Shown here: positions 11,301 through 24,345 of the stretch, in pieces
Layout of the letters: every line of letters begins with the position of its first letter
Numbering within the stretch: position 1 is the first letter of the stretch
Assembly (NCBI GenBank): GCA_964016885.1
Contig: OZ024744.1
Location: forward strand, 128,464,001 to 128,528,000
Origin: Eledone cirrhosa
Lineage: Eukaryota
DNA: 64,000 bases
Reading direction: 5' to 3'
Notes under the pieces: model-generated
Database searches by the model: none
What the model saw: only the letters and a program-made list of their open reading frames with translations
Told to the model about the DNA's origin: nothing
Program-made: the position numbers and the translations under genes

Positions 11301-14300
11301 TGGGGTTAAGCTAAGTTGGGGTTAAGTTAAATTGAGGTTAAGTTAACTTGGGTTTGAGTTAAGTTGGGGTTAAGTTAAGTTGGGGTTAAGTTAAGTTGGG
11401 GTTAATTTAAGTTGGGGTTAAATTAAGTTGGGGTTAAGTTAAGTTGGGGTTAAGTTAAGTTGGAGTTAAATTAAGTTGGGGTTAAGTTAAGTTGAGGTTG
11501 AGTTAATTTGGGGTTAAGTTAAGTTGGGGTTAACTTAAGTTGGGGTTAATTTAAGTTGGGGTTAAGTTACGTTGGGGGTAAGTTAAGTTGGGGGCAAGTT
11601 GAGTTGGGGTTAAGTTAAGTTGGGTTTAAGTTAAGTTGGGGCTAAGTTAAGTTGGGGCTAAGTTAAGTTGGGGCTGAGTTAAGTTGGGGTTAAGTTAAGT
11701 TGGGGTTGAGTTAAGTTGGGGTTAACTTAAGTTGGGGTTAAGTTGGGGTTAAGTTAAGTTGGGGTTAAATTAAGTTGGGGGTTAGTTAAGTTGGGGCAAG
11801 TTAAGTTGGGGTTAATTTAAGTTGGGGTTAATTTAAGTTGGGGTTATGTTAAGTTGGGGTTAAGTTAAGTTGGGGTTAAGTTAAGTTGGGGGTAAGTTAA
11901 GTTGGGGTTAAGTTAAGTTGGGGGTAAGTTAAGTTGAGGGTAAGTCAAGTTGGGGTTAAGTCAAGTTGGGGTTAAGTTAAGTTGGGGTTAAGTTAAGTTG
12001 GGGTTGAGTTAAGTTGGGGTTGAGTTAAGTTGGGGTTAAGTTAAGTTGGGTGTAAGTTAAGTTGGGGTTAAGTTAAGTTGGGGTTAAGTTAAGTTGGGGT
12101 TAAGTTAAGTTGGGGGTAAGTTAAGTTGGGGGCAAGTTAAGTTGGGGTTAAGTTAAGTTGGGGTTAAGTTAAGTTGGGGTTAAGTTAAGTTGGGGTTAAG
12201 TTAAGTTGGGGTTAAGTTAAGTTGGGGGTAAGTTAAGTTGGGGTTAAGTTAAGTTGGGGTTAAATTAAGTTGAGGTTAAGTTAATTTGGGGTTAAGTTAA
12301 GTTGGGGTTAAATTAAGTTGGGGGTAAGATAAGTTGGGGCTAAGTTAAGTTGGGGCTAAGTCAAGTTGGGGTTAAGTCAAGTTGAGGTTAACTTAAGTTG
12401 GGGTTAAGTTAAGTTGGGGTTAAGTTAAGTTGGGGTTAAGGTAAGGTGGGGTTAAGTTAAGTTGGGGTTAAGTTAGGTTGGGGTTAAGTTAAGTTGGGGT
12501 TAAGTTAAGTTAGGGTTAATTTCAGTTGGGGTTATGTTAAGTTGGGGTTAAGTTAAGTTGGGGTTAAGTTAAGTTGAGGTTAAGTTAAGTTGGAGTTAAG
12601 TTAAGTTGGGGTTAAGCTAAGTTGGGGTTAAGTTAATTTGCGGTTAAGTTAGGTTGTGGGTTAAGTTAAGTTGGGGTTAAGTTAAGCTGGGGTTAAGTTA
12701 GGGTAAGTTAAGTTGGGGTTAAGTTAAGTTGGGGTTAAGTTAGGTTGGGGTTAAGTTAAGTTGGGGTTGAGTTAAGTTGGGGTTGAGTTAAGTTGGGGTT
12801 AAGTTAAGTTGGGGTTAAGTTAAGTTGGGGTTAAGTTAAGTTGGGGTTAAGTTAAGTTGGGGTTAAGTTAAGTTGGGGGCAAGTTAAGTTGGGGTTAATT
12901 TAAGTTGAGGTTAAGTTAAGTTGGTGTTAAGTTAAGTTGGGGCTAAGTTAAGTTGGGGCTGAGTTAAGTTGGGGCTGAGTTAAGTTGCAGTTAAGTTAAG
13001 TTGGGGTTGAGTTAAGTTGCGGTTAAGTTAAGTTGGGGTTAAGTTAAGTTGGGGTTAAGTTAAGTTGGGGTTAAGTTAAGTTGGGGTTAAGGTAAGTTGG
13101 GGTTAAGTTAAGTTGGGGTTAAGTTCAGTTGGGGTTAAGTTAAGTTGGGGTTAAGTTCAGTTGGGGTTAAGTTAAGTTGGGGTTGAGTTAAGTTGGGGTT
13201 TAATTAAGTTGGGGTTGAGTTAAGTTGGGGTTGAGTTAAGTTGGGGTTGAGTTAAGTTGGGGTTGAGTTAAGTTGGGGTTAAGTTAAGTTGGGGTTAAAT
13301 TAAGATGGATTTAAGTTAAGTTGGGGTTAAGTTAAGTTGGGGTTAAGTTAAGTTGGGATAAAGTTAAGTTGGGGTTAAGTTAAGTTGAGGTTAAATTAAC
13401 TTGGGGTTAAGTTAAGTTGGGGTTAAGTTAAGTTGGGGTTGAGTTAAGTTGGGGTTGAGTTAAGTTGGGGTTAAGTTAAGTTGAGGTTAACTTAAGTTGG
13501 GGTTAAGTTAAGTTTGGGTTAATTTAAGTTGGGGTTAAGTTGAGTTGGGGTTAAGCTAAGTTGGGGTTTATTTAAATTGAGGTTAAGTTAACTTGGGTTT
13601 GAGTTAAGTTGGGGTTAAGTTAAGTTGGGGTTAAGTTAAGTTGAGGTTAAGTTAAGTTGGGGTTAAGTTAAGTTGGGGTTAAGTTAAGTTGGGGTTAATT
13701 TAAGTTGGGGGTAAGTTAAGTTGGGGGCAAGTTAAGTTGGGGTTAAGTTAAGTTGGGGTTAAGTTAAGTTGCGGTTAAGTTAAGTTGGGGTTAAGTTAAG
13801 TTGGGGTTAAGTTAAGTTGGGGTTCATTTAAGTTGGGGTTAAATTAAGTTGGGGTTAAGTTAAGTTGGGGTTAAGTTAAGTTGGGGTTATGTTAAGTTGG
13901 GGTTAAGTTAAGTTGGGGTTAAGTTAGGTTTGGGTTAAGTTAAGTTGGGGTCAAGTTAAGTTGGGGTTAAGTTAAGTTGGGCTTAAGTTAAGTTGGGGTT
14001 AAGTTAAGTTGGGGTTAAGTTAAGTTGGGGTTAAGTTAAGTCGGGGTTAAGTTAAGTTGGGGTTAAGTTAAGTTGGGGTTAAGCTAAGTTGGGGTTAAGT
14101 TAAATTGAGGTTAATTTAACTCGGGTTTGAGTTAAGTTGGGGTTAAGTTAAGTTGGGGTTAAGTTAAGTTGGGGTTAATTTAAGATGGGGTTAAATTAAG
14201 TTGGGGTTAAGTTAAGTTGGGGTTAAGTTAAGTTGAGGTTGAGTTAAGTTGGGGTTGAGTTAAGTTGGGGTTAAGTTAAGTTGGGGTTAAGTTAAGATGG

Positions 14301-17300
14301 GGTTAAGCTAAGTTGGGGTTAAGTTAAATTGAGGTTAAGTTAACTTGGGTTTGAGTTAAGTTGGGGTTAAGTTAAGTTGGGGTTAAGTTAAGTTGGGGTT
14401 AAGTTAAGTTGGGGTTGAGTTAAGTTGAGGTTAAGTTAAGTCGGGGTTAAGTTAAGTTGAGGTTGAGTTAAGTTGGGGTTGAGTTAAGTTGGGGTTAAGT
14501 TAAGTTGGGGTTAAGTTAAGATGGATTTAAGTTAAGTTGGGGTAAAGTTAAGTTTGGGTTAATTTAAGTTGGGGTTAAGTTAAGTTGGGGTTGAATTAAG
14601 TTGGGGTTGAGTTAAGTTGGGGTTAAGTTAAGTTGAGGTTAACTTAAGTTGGGGTTAAGTTAAGTTTGGGTTAATTTAAGTTGGGGTTAAGTTAAGTTGG
14701 GGTTAAGCTAAGTTGGGGTTTATTTAAATTGAGGTTAAGTTAACTTGGGTTTGAGTTAAGTTGGGGTTAAGTTAAGTTGGGGTTAAGTTAAGTTGGGGTT
14801 AAGTTAAGTCGGGGTTAAGTTAAGTTGAGGTTGAGTTAAGTTGGGGTTGAGTTAAGTTGGGGTTAAGTTAAGTTGGGGTTAAGTTAAGATGGATTTAAGT
14901 TAATTGGGGTCTAGTTAAGTTGGGGTTAAGTTAAGTTGGGGTAAAGTTAAGTTGGGGTTAATTTAAGTTGAGGTTAAGTTAACTTGGGGTTAAGTTAAGT
15001 TGGCGTTAAGTTAAGTTGGGGTTGAGTTAAGTTGGGGTTAAGTTAAGTTGGGGTTAACTTAAGTTGGGGTTAAGTTAAGTTGGGGTTGAGTTAAGTTTGG
15101 GTTAAGTTAAGTTGGGGTTAAGCTAAGTTGGGGTTAAGTTAAATTGAGGTTAAGTTAAGTTGGGGTTGAGTTAAGTTGGGGTTAAGTTAAGTTGGGGTTG
15201 AGTTAAGTTGAGGTTAAGTTAAGTTGGGGTTAAGTTAAGTTGGGGTTAAGTTAAGTTGGGGTTCAGTTAAGTTGGGGTTAAGTTAAGTTGGGGTTAAGTT
15301 AAGTTGGGGTTAAGTTAAGTTGGGGTTGAGTTAAGTTGGCGTTTAATTAAGTTGGGGTTGAGTTAAGTTGGGGTTGAGTTAAGTTGGGGTTGAGTTAAGT
15401 TGGGGTTAAGTTAAGATGGATTTAAGTTAAGTTGGGGTTAAATTAAGTTGGGGTTAAGTTAAGTTGGGGTAAAGTTAAGTTGGGGTTAAGTTAAGTTGAT
15501 GTTAAGTTAACTTGGGGTTAAGTTAAGTTCGGGTTAAGTTAAGTTGGGGTAGAGTTAAATTGAGGTTAAGTTAACTTTGGTTTCAGTTAAGTTGGGGTTA
15601 AGTTAAGTTGGGGTTAAGTTAAGTTGGGGTTAATTTAAGTTGGGGTTAAATTAAGTTGGAGTTAAGCTAAGTTGGGGTTTATTTAAATTGAGGTTAAGTT
15701 AACTTGGGTTTGAGTTAAGTTGGGGTTAAGTTAAGTTGGGGTTAAGTTAACTTGGGTTTGAGTTAAGTTGGGGTTAAGTTAAGTTGGGGTTAAGTTAAGT
15801 TGGGGTTAATTTAAGTTGGGGTTAAATTAAGTTGGGGTTAAGTTAAGTTGGGGTTAAGTTAAGTTGAGGTTGAGTTAAGTTGGGGTTGAATTAAGTTGGG
15901 GTTAAGTTAAGTTGGGGTTAAGTTAAGATGGGGTTAAGCTAAGTTGGGGTTAAGTTAAATTGAGGTTAAGTTAACTTGGGTTTGAGTTAAGTTGGGGTTA
16001 AGTTAAGTTGGGGTTAAGTTAAGTTGGGGTTAATTTAAGTTGGGGTTAAATTAAGTTGGGGTTAAGTTAAGTTGGGGTTAAGTTAAGTTGGAGTTAAATT
16101 AAGTTGGGGTTAAGTTAAGTTGAGGTTGAGTTAATTTGGGGTTAAGTTAAGTTGGGGTTAACTTAAGTTGGGGTTAATTTAAGTTGGGGTTAAGTTAAGT
16201 TGGGGGTAAGTTAAGTTGGGGGCAAGTTGAGTTGGGGTTAAGTTAAGTTGGGTTTAAGTTAAGTTGGGGCTAAGTTAAGTTGGGGCTAAGTTAAGTTGGG
16301 GCTGAGTTAAGTTGGGGTTAAGTTAAGTTGGGGTTGAGTTAAGTTGGGGTTAACTTAAGTTGGGGTTAAGTTGGGGTTAAGTTAAGTTGGGGTTAAATTA
16401 AGTTGGGGGTTAGTTAAGTTGGGGCAAGTTAAGTTGGGGTTAATTTAAGTTGGGGTTAATTTAAGTTGGGGTTATGTTAAGTTGGGGTTAAGTTAAGTTG
16501 GGGTTAAGTTAAGTTGGGGGTAAGTTAAGTTGGGGTTAAGTTAAGTTGGGGGTAAGTTAAGTTGAGGGTAAGTCAAGTTGGGGTTAAGTCAAGTTGGGGT
16601 TAAGTTAAGTTGGGGGTAAGTTAAGTTGGGGGCAAGTTAAGTTGGGGTTAAGTTAAGTTGGGGTTGAGTTAAGTTGGGGTTGAGTTAAGTTGGGGTTAAG
16701 TTAAGTTGGGTGTAAGTTAAGTTGGGGTTAAGTTAAGTTGGGGTTAAGTTAAGTTGGGGTTAAGTTAAGTTGGGGGTAAGTTAAGTTGGGGGCAAGTTAA
16801 GTTGGGGTTAAGTTAAGTTGGGGTTAAGTTAAGTTGGGGTTAAGTTAAGTTGGGGTTAAGTTAAGTTGGGGTTAAGTTAAGTTGGGGTTAAATTAAGTTG
16901 AGGTTAAGTTAATTTGGGGTTAAGTTAAGTTGGGGTTAAATTAAGTTGGGGGTAAGATAAGTTGGGGCTAAGTTAAGTTGGGGCTAAGTCAAGTTGGGGT
17001 TAAGTCAAGTTGAGGTTAACTTAAGTTGGGGTTAAGTTAAGTTGGGGTTAAGTTAAGTTGGGGTTAAGGTAAGGTGGGGTTAAGTTAAGTTGGGGTTAAG
17101 TTAAGTTGGGGTTAAGTTAAGTTGGGGTTAAGTTAAGTTAGGGTTAATTTCAGTTGGGGTTATGTTAAGTTGGGGTTAAGTTAAGTTGGGGTTAAGTTAA
17201 GTTGAGGTTAAGTTAAGTTGGAGTTAAGTTAAGTTGGGGTTAAGCTAAGTTGGGGTTAAGTTAATTTGCGGTTAAGTTAGGTTGTGGGTTAAGTTAAGTT

Positions 17301-17690
17301 GGGGTTAAGTTAAGCTGGGGTTAAGTTAGGGTAAGTTAAGTTGGGGTTAAGTTAAGTTGGGGTTAAGTTAGGTTGGGGTTAAGTTAAGTTGGGGTTGAGT
17401 TAAGTTGGGGTTGAGTTAAGTTGGGGTTAAGTTAAGTTGGGGTTAAGTTAAGTTGGGGTTAAGTTAAGTTGGGGTTAAGTTAAGTTGGGGTTAAGTTAAG
17501 TTGGGGGCAAGTTAAGTTGGGGTTAATTTAAGTTGAGGTTAAGTTAAGTTGGTGTTAAGTTAAGTTGGGGCTAAGTTAAGTTGGGGCTGAGTTAAGTTGG
17601 GGCTGAGTTAAGTTGCAGTTAAGTTAAGTTGGGGTTGAGTTAAGTTGCGGTTAAGTTAAGTTGGGGTTAAGTTAAGTTGGGGTTAAGTTA
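8390..17690 (+). repeat. Tandem duplication of an about 4.63-4.7 kb block (about 8390-13075 and about 13076-17690)
   Basis: Marker pairs GTCTAG 10281/14909, GTAGAG 10921/15549 and GGTTGTGGG 12652/17280 are each offset by 4628. CTCGGG 9411/14120 is offset by 4709. Confidence 0.88.
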
Positions 17691-20600
17691 AGTTGGGGTT
17701 TATTTAAGTTGGGGTTCAGTTAATTTGGGGTTAAGTTAAGTTTGGGTTAAGTTGGGGTTAAATTAAGTTGGGGTTAAATTAAGTTGGGGTTAAGCTAATT
17801 TGGGGTTAAGTTAAGTTGGGGTTAATTTAAGTTGGGGTTAAGTTAAGTTGCGGGTAATTTAAGTCGGGGTTAAGTTAAGTTGGGGTTAAGTTAAGTTGGG
17901 GTTAAGTTAAGGTGGGGTTTAGTTAAGTTGGGGTTAAGTTAAGTTGGGGGTAAGTTAAGTTGGGGGTAAGTTAAGTTGGGGGTAAGTTAAGTTGGGGTTA
18001 AGTTAAGTCGGGGTTAAGTTAAGTTGGGGTTAAGTTAAGTTGGGGTTAATTTAAGTTAGGGTTAAGTTAAGTTGGGGGTAAGTTAAGTTGGGGGTAAGTT
18101 AAGTTAGGGTTAAGTTAAGTTGGGGTTGAGTTAAGTTGGGGTTAAGTTAAGTTGGGGTTATGTTAAGTTGGGGTTAAGTTAAGTTGGGGTTAAGTTAAGT
18201 TGGGGTTAAGTTAAGTTGCGGTTAAGTTAAGTTGGGGTTAAATTAAGTTGGGGTTAAGTTAAGTTGGGATTAAGTTAAGTTGGGGTTAAGTTAAGTTGGG
18301 GTTAAGTTAAGTTGGGGTTAAGTTAGATTGTTGTTAAGTTAAGTTGGGGTTAAGTTAAGTTGGGGTTAAGTTAAGTTGGGGTTAATTTAAGTTGGGGTTA
18401 AGTTATGTCGGGGTTAAGTTGAGTTGGGGTTAAGTTAAGTTGGGGTTAAGTTAAGTTGGGGTTAAGTTAAGTTGGGGTTAAGTTAAGTTGGGGTTAAGTT
18501 AAGTTGGGGTTAAATTAAGTTGAGGTTAAGTTAATTTGGGGTTAAGTTAAGTTGGGGTTAAATTAAGTTGGGGGTAAGATAAGTTGGGGCTAAGTTAAGT
18601 TGGGGCTAAGTCAAGTTGGGGTTAAGTCAAGTTGAGGTTAACTTAAGTTGGGGTTAAGTTAAGTTGGGGTTAAGTTAAGTTGGGGTTAAGGTAAGGTGGG
18701 GTTAAGTTAAGTTGGGGTTAAGTTAAGTTGGGGTTAAGTTAAGTTGGGGTTAAGTTAAGTTAGGGTTAATTTCAGTTGGGGTTATGTTAAGTTGGGGTTA
18801 AGTTAAGTTGGGGTTAAGTTAAGTTGAGGTTAAGTTAAGTTGGAGTTAAGTTAAGTTGGGGTTAAGCTAAGTTGGGGTTAAGTTAATTTGCGGTTAAGTT
18901 AGGTTGTGGGTTAAGTTAAGTTGGGGTTAAGTTAAGCTGGGGTTAAGTTAGGGTAAGTTAAGTTGGGGTTAAGTTAAGTTGGGGTTAAGTTAGGTTGGGG
19001 TTAAGTTAAGTTGGGGTTGAGTTAAGTTGGGGTTGAGTTAAGTTGGGGTTAAGTTAAGTTGGGGTTAAGTTAAGTTGGGGTTAAGTTAAGTTGGGGTTAA
19101 GTTAAGTTGGGGTTAAGTTAAGTTGGGGGCAAGTTAAGTTGGGGTTAATTTAAGTTGAGGTTAAGTTAAGTTGGTGTTAAGTTAAGTTGGGGCTAAGTTA
19201 AGTTGGGGCTGAGTTAAGTTGGGGCTGAGTTAAGTTGCAGTTAAGTTAAGTTGGGGTTGAGTTAAGTTGCGGTTAAGTTAAGTTGGGGTTAAGTTAAGTT
19301 GGGGTTAAGTTAAGTTGGGGTTTATTTAAGTTGGGGTTCAGTTAATTTGGGGTTAAGTTAAGTTTGGGTTAAGTTGGGGTTAAATTAAGTTGGGGTTAAA
19401 TTAAGTTGGGGTTAAGCTAATTTGGGGTTAAGTTAAGTTGGGGTTAATTTAAGTTGGGGTTAAGTTAAGTTGCGGGTAATTTAAGTCGGGGTTAAGTTAA
19501 GTTGGGGTTAAGTTAAGTTGGGGTTAAGTTAAGGTGGGGTTTAGTTAAGTTGGGGTTAAGTTAAGTTGGGGGTAAGTTAAGTTGGGGGTAAGTTAAGTTG
19601 GGGGTAAGTTAAGTTGGGGTTAAGTTAAGTCGGGGTTAAGTTAAGTTGGGGTTAAGTTAAGTTGGGGTTAATTTAAGTTAGGGTTAAGTTAAGTTGGGGG
19701 TAAGTTAAGTTGGGGGTAAGTTAAGTTAGGGTTAAGTTAAGTTGGGGTTGAGTTAAGTTGGGGTTAAGTTAAGTTGGGGTTATGTTAAGTTGGGGTTAAG
19801 TTAAGTTGGGGTTAAGTTAAGTTGGGGTTAAGTTAAGTTGCGGTTAAGTTAAGTTGGGGTTAAATTAAGTTGGGGTTAAGTTAAGTTGGGATTAAGTTAA
19901 GTTGGGGTTAAGTTAAGTTGGGGTTAAGTTAAGTTGGGGTTAAGTTAGATTGTTGTTAAGTTAAGTTGGGGTTAAGTTAAGTTGGGGTTAAGTTAAGTTG
20001 GGGTTAATTTAAGTTGGGGTTAAGTTATGTCGGGGTTAAGTTGAGTTGGGGTTAAGTTAAGTTGGGGTTAAGTTAAGTTGGGGTTAAGTTAAGTTGGGGT
20101 TAAGATAAGTTGGGGTTAAGTTAAGTTGGGGTTAAATTAAGTTCGGGTTAAGTTAATTTGGGGTTGACTTAAGTTGGGGTTAACGTAAGTTGGGATTAAG
20201 TTAAGTTGGGGTTAAGTTAAGTTGGGGTTAAATTAAGTTCGGGTTAAGTTAAGTTGGGGTTAAGTTAAGTTGGGGTTAAGTTAAGTTGGGGTTAAGTTAG
20301 GTTGGGGTTAAGTTAAGTTGGGGGTAAGTTAAGTTGGGGTTAAGTTAAGTTGGGGTTAAGTTAAGTTGGGGGTAAGTTAAGTTGGGGGTAAGTTAAGTTG
20401 GGGTTAATTTAAGTTGGGTCGAATTAAGTTGGTGTTAAGTTAAGTTGGGGTTAAGTTAAGTTGGGGTTAAGTTAAGTTGGGGTTAAGTTAAGATGGGGTT
20501 TAGTTAAGTTGGGGTTAAGTTAAGTTGGGGTTACGTTAAGTTGGGGGTAAGTTAAGTTGGTGGTAAGTTAAGTTGGGGGTAAGTTAAGATGGGGTTAAAT

Positions 20601-23600
20601 TAAGTTGGGGTTAAGTTAATTTGGGGTTGACTTAATTTGGGGTTGACTTAAGTTGGGGTTAACTTAAGTTGGGGTTAAGTTAAGATGGGGTTTAGTTAAG
20701 TTGGGGTTAGGTTAAGTTGGGGTTTAGTTAAGTTGGGGTTAAGTTAATTTGGGGTTAAGTTAAGTTGGTGGTAAGTTAAGTTGGGGGTAAGTTAAGTTGG
20801 GGGTAAGTTAAGTTGGGGTTAATTTAAGTTGGGTCGAATTAAGTTGGTGTTAAGTTAAGTTGGGGTTAAGTTAAGTTGGGGTTAAGTTAAGTTGGGGTTA
20901 AGTTAAGTTGGGGGTAAGTTAAGTTGGGGGTAAGTTAAGTTGGGGTTAATTTAAGTTGGGTCGAATTAAGTTGGTGTTAAGTTAAGTTGGGGTTAAGTTA
21001 AGTTGGGGTTAAGTTAAGTTGGGGTTGAGTTAAGTCGGGGTTAAGTTAAGTTGGGGTTATGTTAAGTTGGGGTTAAATTAAGTTGGGGTTAAGTTAAGTT
21101 GGGGTTCAATTAAGTTGCGGTTAATTTAAGTTGGGGTTAAGTTAAGTTGGGGTTAAGTTAAGTTGGGGTTAAGTTAAGTTGGGGTTAAATTAAGTTGGGG
21201 TTAAATTAAGTTGGGGTTAAGTTAAGTTGGGGTTATGTTAAGTTGGTGTTAAGTTAAGTTGGGGTTAAGTTAAGTTGGGGTTAAGTTAAGTTGGGGTTAA
21301 GTTAGGTTGGTGTTAAGTTAAGTTGGGGGTAAGTTAAGTTGGGGGTAAGTTAAGTTGGTGTTAAGTTAAGTTGGGGTTAAGTTAAGTTGGGGTTAAGTTA
21401 AGTTGGGTTTAAGTTAAGTTGGGGCTAAGTTAAGTTAGGGCTAAGTTAAGTTGGGGTTAAGTAAAGTTAGGGCTAAGTTAAGTTGGGTTAAGTTAAGTTG
21501 GGGTTAATTTAACTTGGGGTTACATTAAGTTGAGGTTAAGTTAAGTTGGTGTTAAGTTAAGTTGGGGTTAATTTAAGTTGGGGTTAATTAAGTTGGGGTT
21601 AATTTAAGTTGGGGTTAAGTTAAGTTGGGGTTAATTTCAGTTGGGGTTGAGTTAAGTTGGGGTTAAGTTTAGTTGGGGTTAATTTAAGTTGGGGTTGAGT
21701 TAAGTTGGGGTTAAGTTAAGTTGGGGTTAAGTTATGTTCGGGTTAAGTTAAGTTGGTGTTAAGTTAAGTTAGGGTTAAGTTAAGTTGCGGCTAAGTTAAG
21801 TTGGGTCTAAGTTAAGTTGGGGTTAAGTTAAGTTGGGGTTAAGTTAAGTGAGGGTTAATTTAAGTTGGGGTTATTTTAAGTTGGGGTTAAGTTAAGTTGG
21901 GGTTAAGTTAGGTTGGTGTTAAGTTAAGTTGCGGCTAAGTTAAGTTGGGTTTAAGTTAAGTTGGGGCTAAGTTAAGTTAGGGCTAAGTTAAGTTGGGGCT
22001 GAGTTAAGTTGGGGTTAAGTTAAGTTGGGGTTGAGTTAAGTTGGGGCTAAGTTAAGTTGGGGTTTAGTTAAGTTGGGGTTAAGTTAAGGTGGGGTTAAGT
22101 TAAGTTGGGGTCAACTAAAGTTGGGGTTAAGTTAAGTTGGGGTTAACTTAAGTTGGGGTTAAATTAAGTTGGGGTTAAGTTAAGTTGGGGTTAAGTTAAG
22201 TTGGGGTTAAGTTAAGTTGCGGGTAATTTAAGTTGGGGTTAACTTAAGTTGGGGTTAAGTTAAGTTGGGGGTAAGTTAAGTTGGGGGTAAGTTAAGTTGG
22301 GGTTAAGTTAAGTTAGGGTTAAGTTAAGTTGGGGTTGAGTTAAGTTGGGGTTAAGTTAAGTTGGGGTTATGTTAAGTTGGGGTTAAGTTAAGTTGGGGTT
22401 AATTTAAGTTGGGGTTAAGTTAAGTTGCGGTTAAGTTAAGTTGGGGTTAAATTAAGTTGGGGTTAAGTTAAGTTGGGATTAAGTTAAGTTGGGGTTAAGT
22501 TAAGTTGGGGTTAAGTTAGATTGTTGTTAAGTTAAGTTGGGGTTAAGTTAAGTTGGGGTTAATTTAAGTTGGGGTTAATTTAAGTTGGGTCTAATTAAGT
22601 TGGGGTTAAGTTAAGTTGGGGTTAAGTTAAGTTGGGGTTAAGTTAAGTTGGGGTTAAGTTAAGTTGCGTTTACGTTAAGTTGGGGGTAAGTTAAGTTGGT
22701 GGTAAGTTAAGTTGGGGGTAAGTTAAGATGGGGTTAAGTTAAGTTGGGGTTAATTTAATTTGGGGTTAAGTTAAGTTAGGGTTAAGTTAAGTTGGGGTTG
22801 AGTTAAGTCGGGGTTCAGTTAAGTTGGGGTTATGTTAAGTTGGGGTTAAGTTAAGTTGGGGTTAAGTTAAGTTGGGGTTCAATTAAGTTGCGGGTAATTT
22901 AAGTTGGGGTTAAGTTAAGTTGGGGGTACGTTAAGTTGGGGGTAAGTTAAGTTGGGGTTAAGTTAAGTTGGGGTTAAGTTAAGTCGGGGTTAATTTAAGT
23001 TGCGGTTAAGTTAAGTTGGGGTTAAGTTAAGTTGGGGTTAAGTTAAGTTGGGATTAAGTTAAGTTGGGGTTAAGTTAAGTTGGGGTTGAGTTAAGTTGGG
23101 GTTAAGTTAGATTATTGTTAATTTATTTTGGGGTTAAGTTAAGTTGGGGTTAAGTTAAGTTGGGGTTAATTTAAGTTGGGGTTAAGTTAAGTGGGGGTTA
23201 AGTTGAGTTGGGGTTAAGTTAAGTTGGGGTTAAGTTAAGTTGGGGTTAAGATAAGTTGGGGTTAAGTTAAGTTGGGGTTGAGTTAAGTTCGGGTTGAGTT
23301 AATTTGGGGTTAACTTAAGTTGGGGTTAACTTAAGTTGGGGTTAAGTTAAGTTGGGTTTATGTTAAGTTGGGGATAAGTTAAGTTGGGGTTAAGTTAAGT
23401 TGGGGTTCAATTAAGTTGCGGTTAATTTAAGTTGGGGTTAAGTTAAGTTGGGGTTAAGTTAAGTTGGGGTTAAGTTAAGTTGGGGTTAAATTAAGTTAGG
23501 GCTAAGTTAAGTTGAGGTTATGTTAAGTTGGTGTTAAGTTAGGTTGGTGTTAAGTTAAGTTGGGGGTAAGTTAAGTTGGGGGTAAGTTAAGTTGGTGTTA

Positions 23601-24345
23601 AGTTAAGTTGGGGTTAAGTTAAGTTGGGGTTAATTTAAGTTGGGGTTAAGTTAAGTTGGGTTTAAGTTAAGTTGGGTCTAAGTTAAGTTGGGGTTAAGTT
23701 AAGTTGAGGTTAAGTTAAGTTGGGATTAAGTTAAGTTGGGGTTAAGTTAAGTTGGGGTTAAGTTAAGTTGGGGTTAAGTTAGGTTGGGGTCAAGTTATGT
23801 TGGGGGTAAGTTAAGTTGGGGGTAAGTTAAGTTGGGGTTAGGTTAAGTTGGGGTTAAGTTAAGTTGGGGTTAAGTTAAGTTGGGGTTACGTTAAGTTGGG
23901 GGTGAGTTAAGTTGGTGGTAAGTTAAGTTGGGGGTAAGTTAAGATGGGGTTAAGTTAAGTTGGGGTTAATTTAATTTGGGGTTAAGTTAAGTTAGGGTTA
24001 AGTTAAGTTGGGGTTGAGTTAAGTTGGGGTTAAGTTAAGTTGGGGTTATGTTAAGTTGGGGATAAGTTAAGTTGGGGTTAAGTTAAGTTGGGGTTCAATT
24101 AAGTTGCGGTTAATTTAAGTTGGGGTTAAGTTAAGTTCGGGTTAAGTTAAGTTGGGGTTAAGTTAAGTTGGGGTTAAATTAAGTTAGGGCTAAGTTAAGT
24201 TGAGGTTATGTTAAGTTGGTGTTAAGTTAAGTTGGGGTTAAGTTAAGTTGGGGTTAAGTTAAGTTGGGGTTAAGTTAAGTTGGGTTTAAGTTAAGTTGGG
24301 GCTAAGTTAAGTTGGGGTTAAGTTAAGTTGGGGTTAAGTTAAGTT
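15470..24345 (+). repeat. Full HOR copy containing an internal 1,622-bp tandem duplication
   Basis: GTAGAG 15549, GGTTGTGGG 17280 and 18902, GTGAGGG 21848, ATTATTGTTAATTTATTTT 23111; next GTAGAG at 24397. Confidence 0.87.

Noticed and set aside
23111-23130. AT-rich patch as a promoter, terminator or transposon footprint
   Set aside because: It preserves monomer length and phase, has no adjacent gene, hairpin or target-site duplication, and is explained by substitutions.
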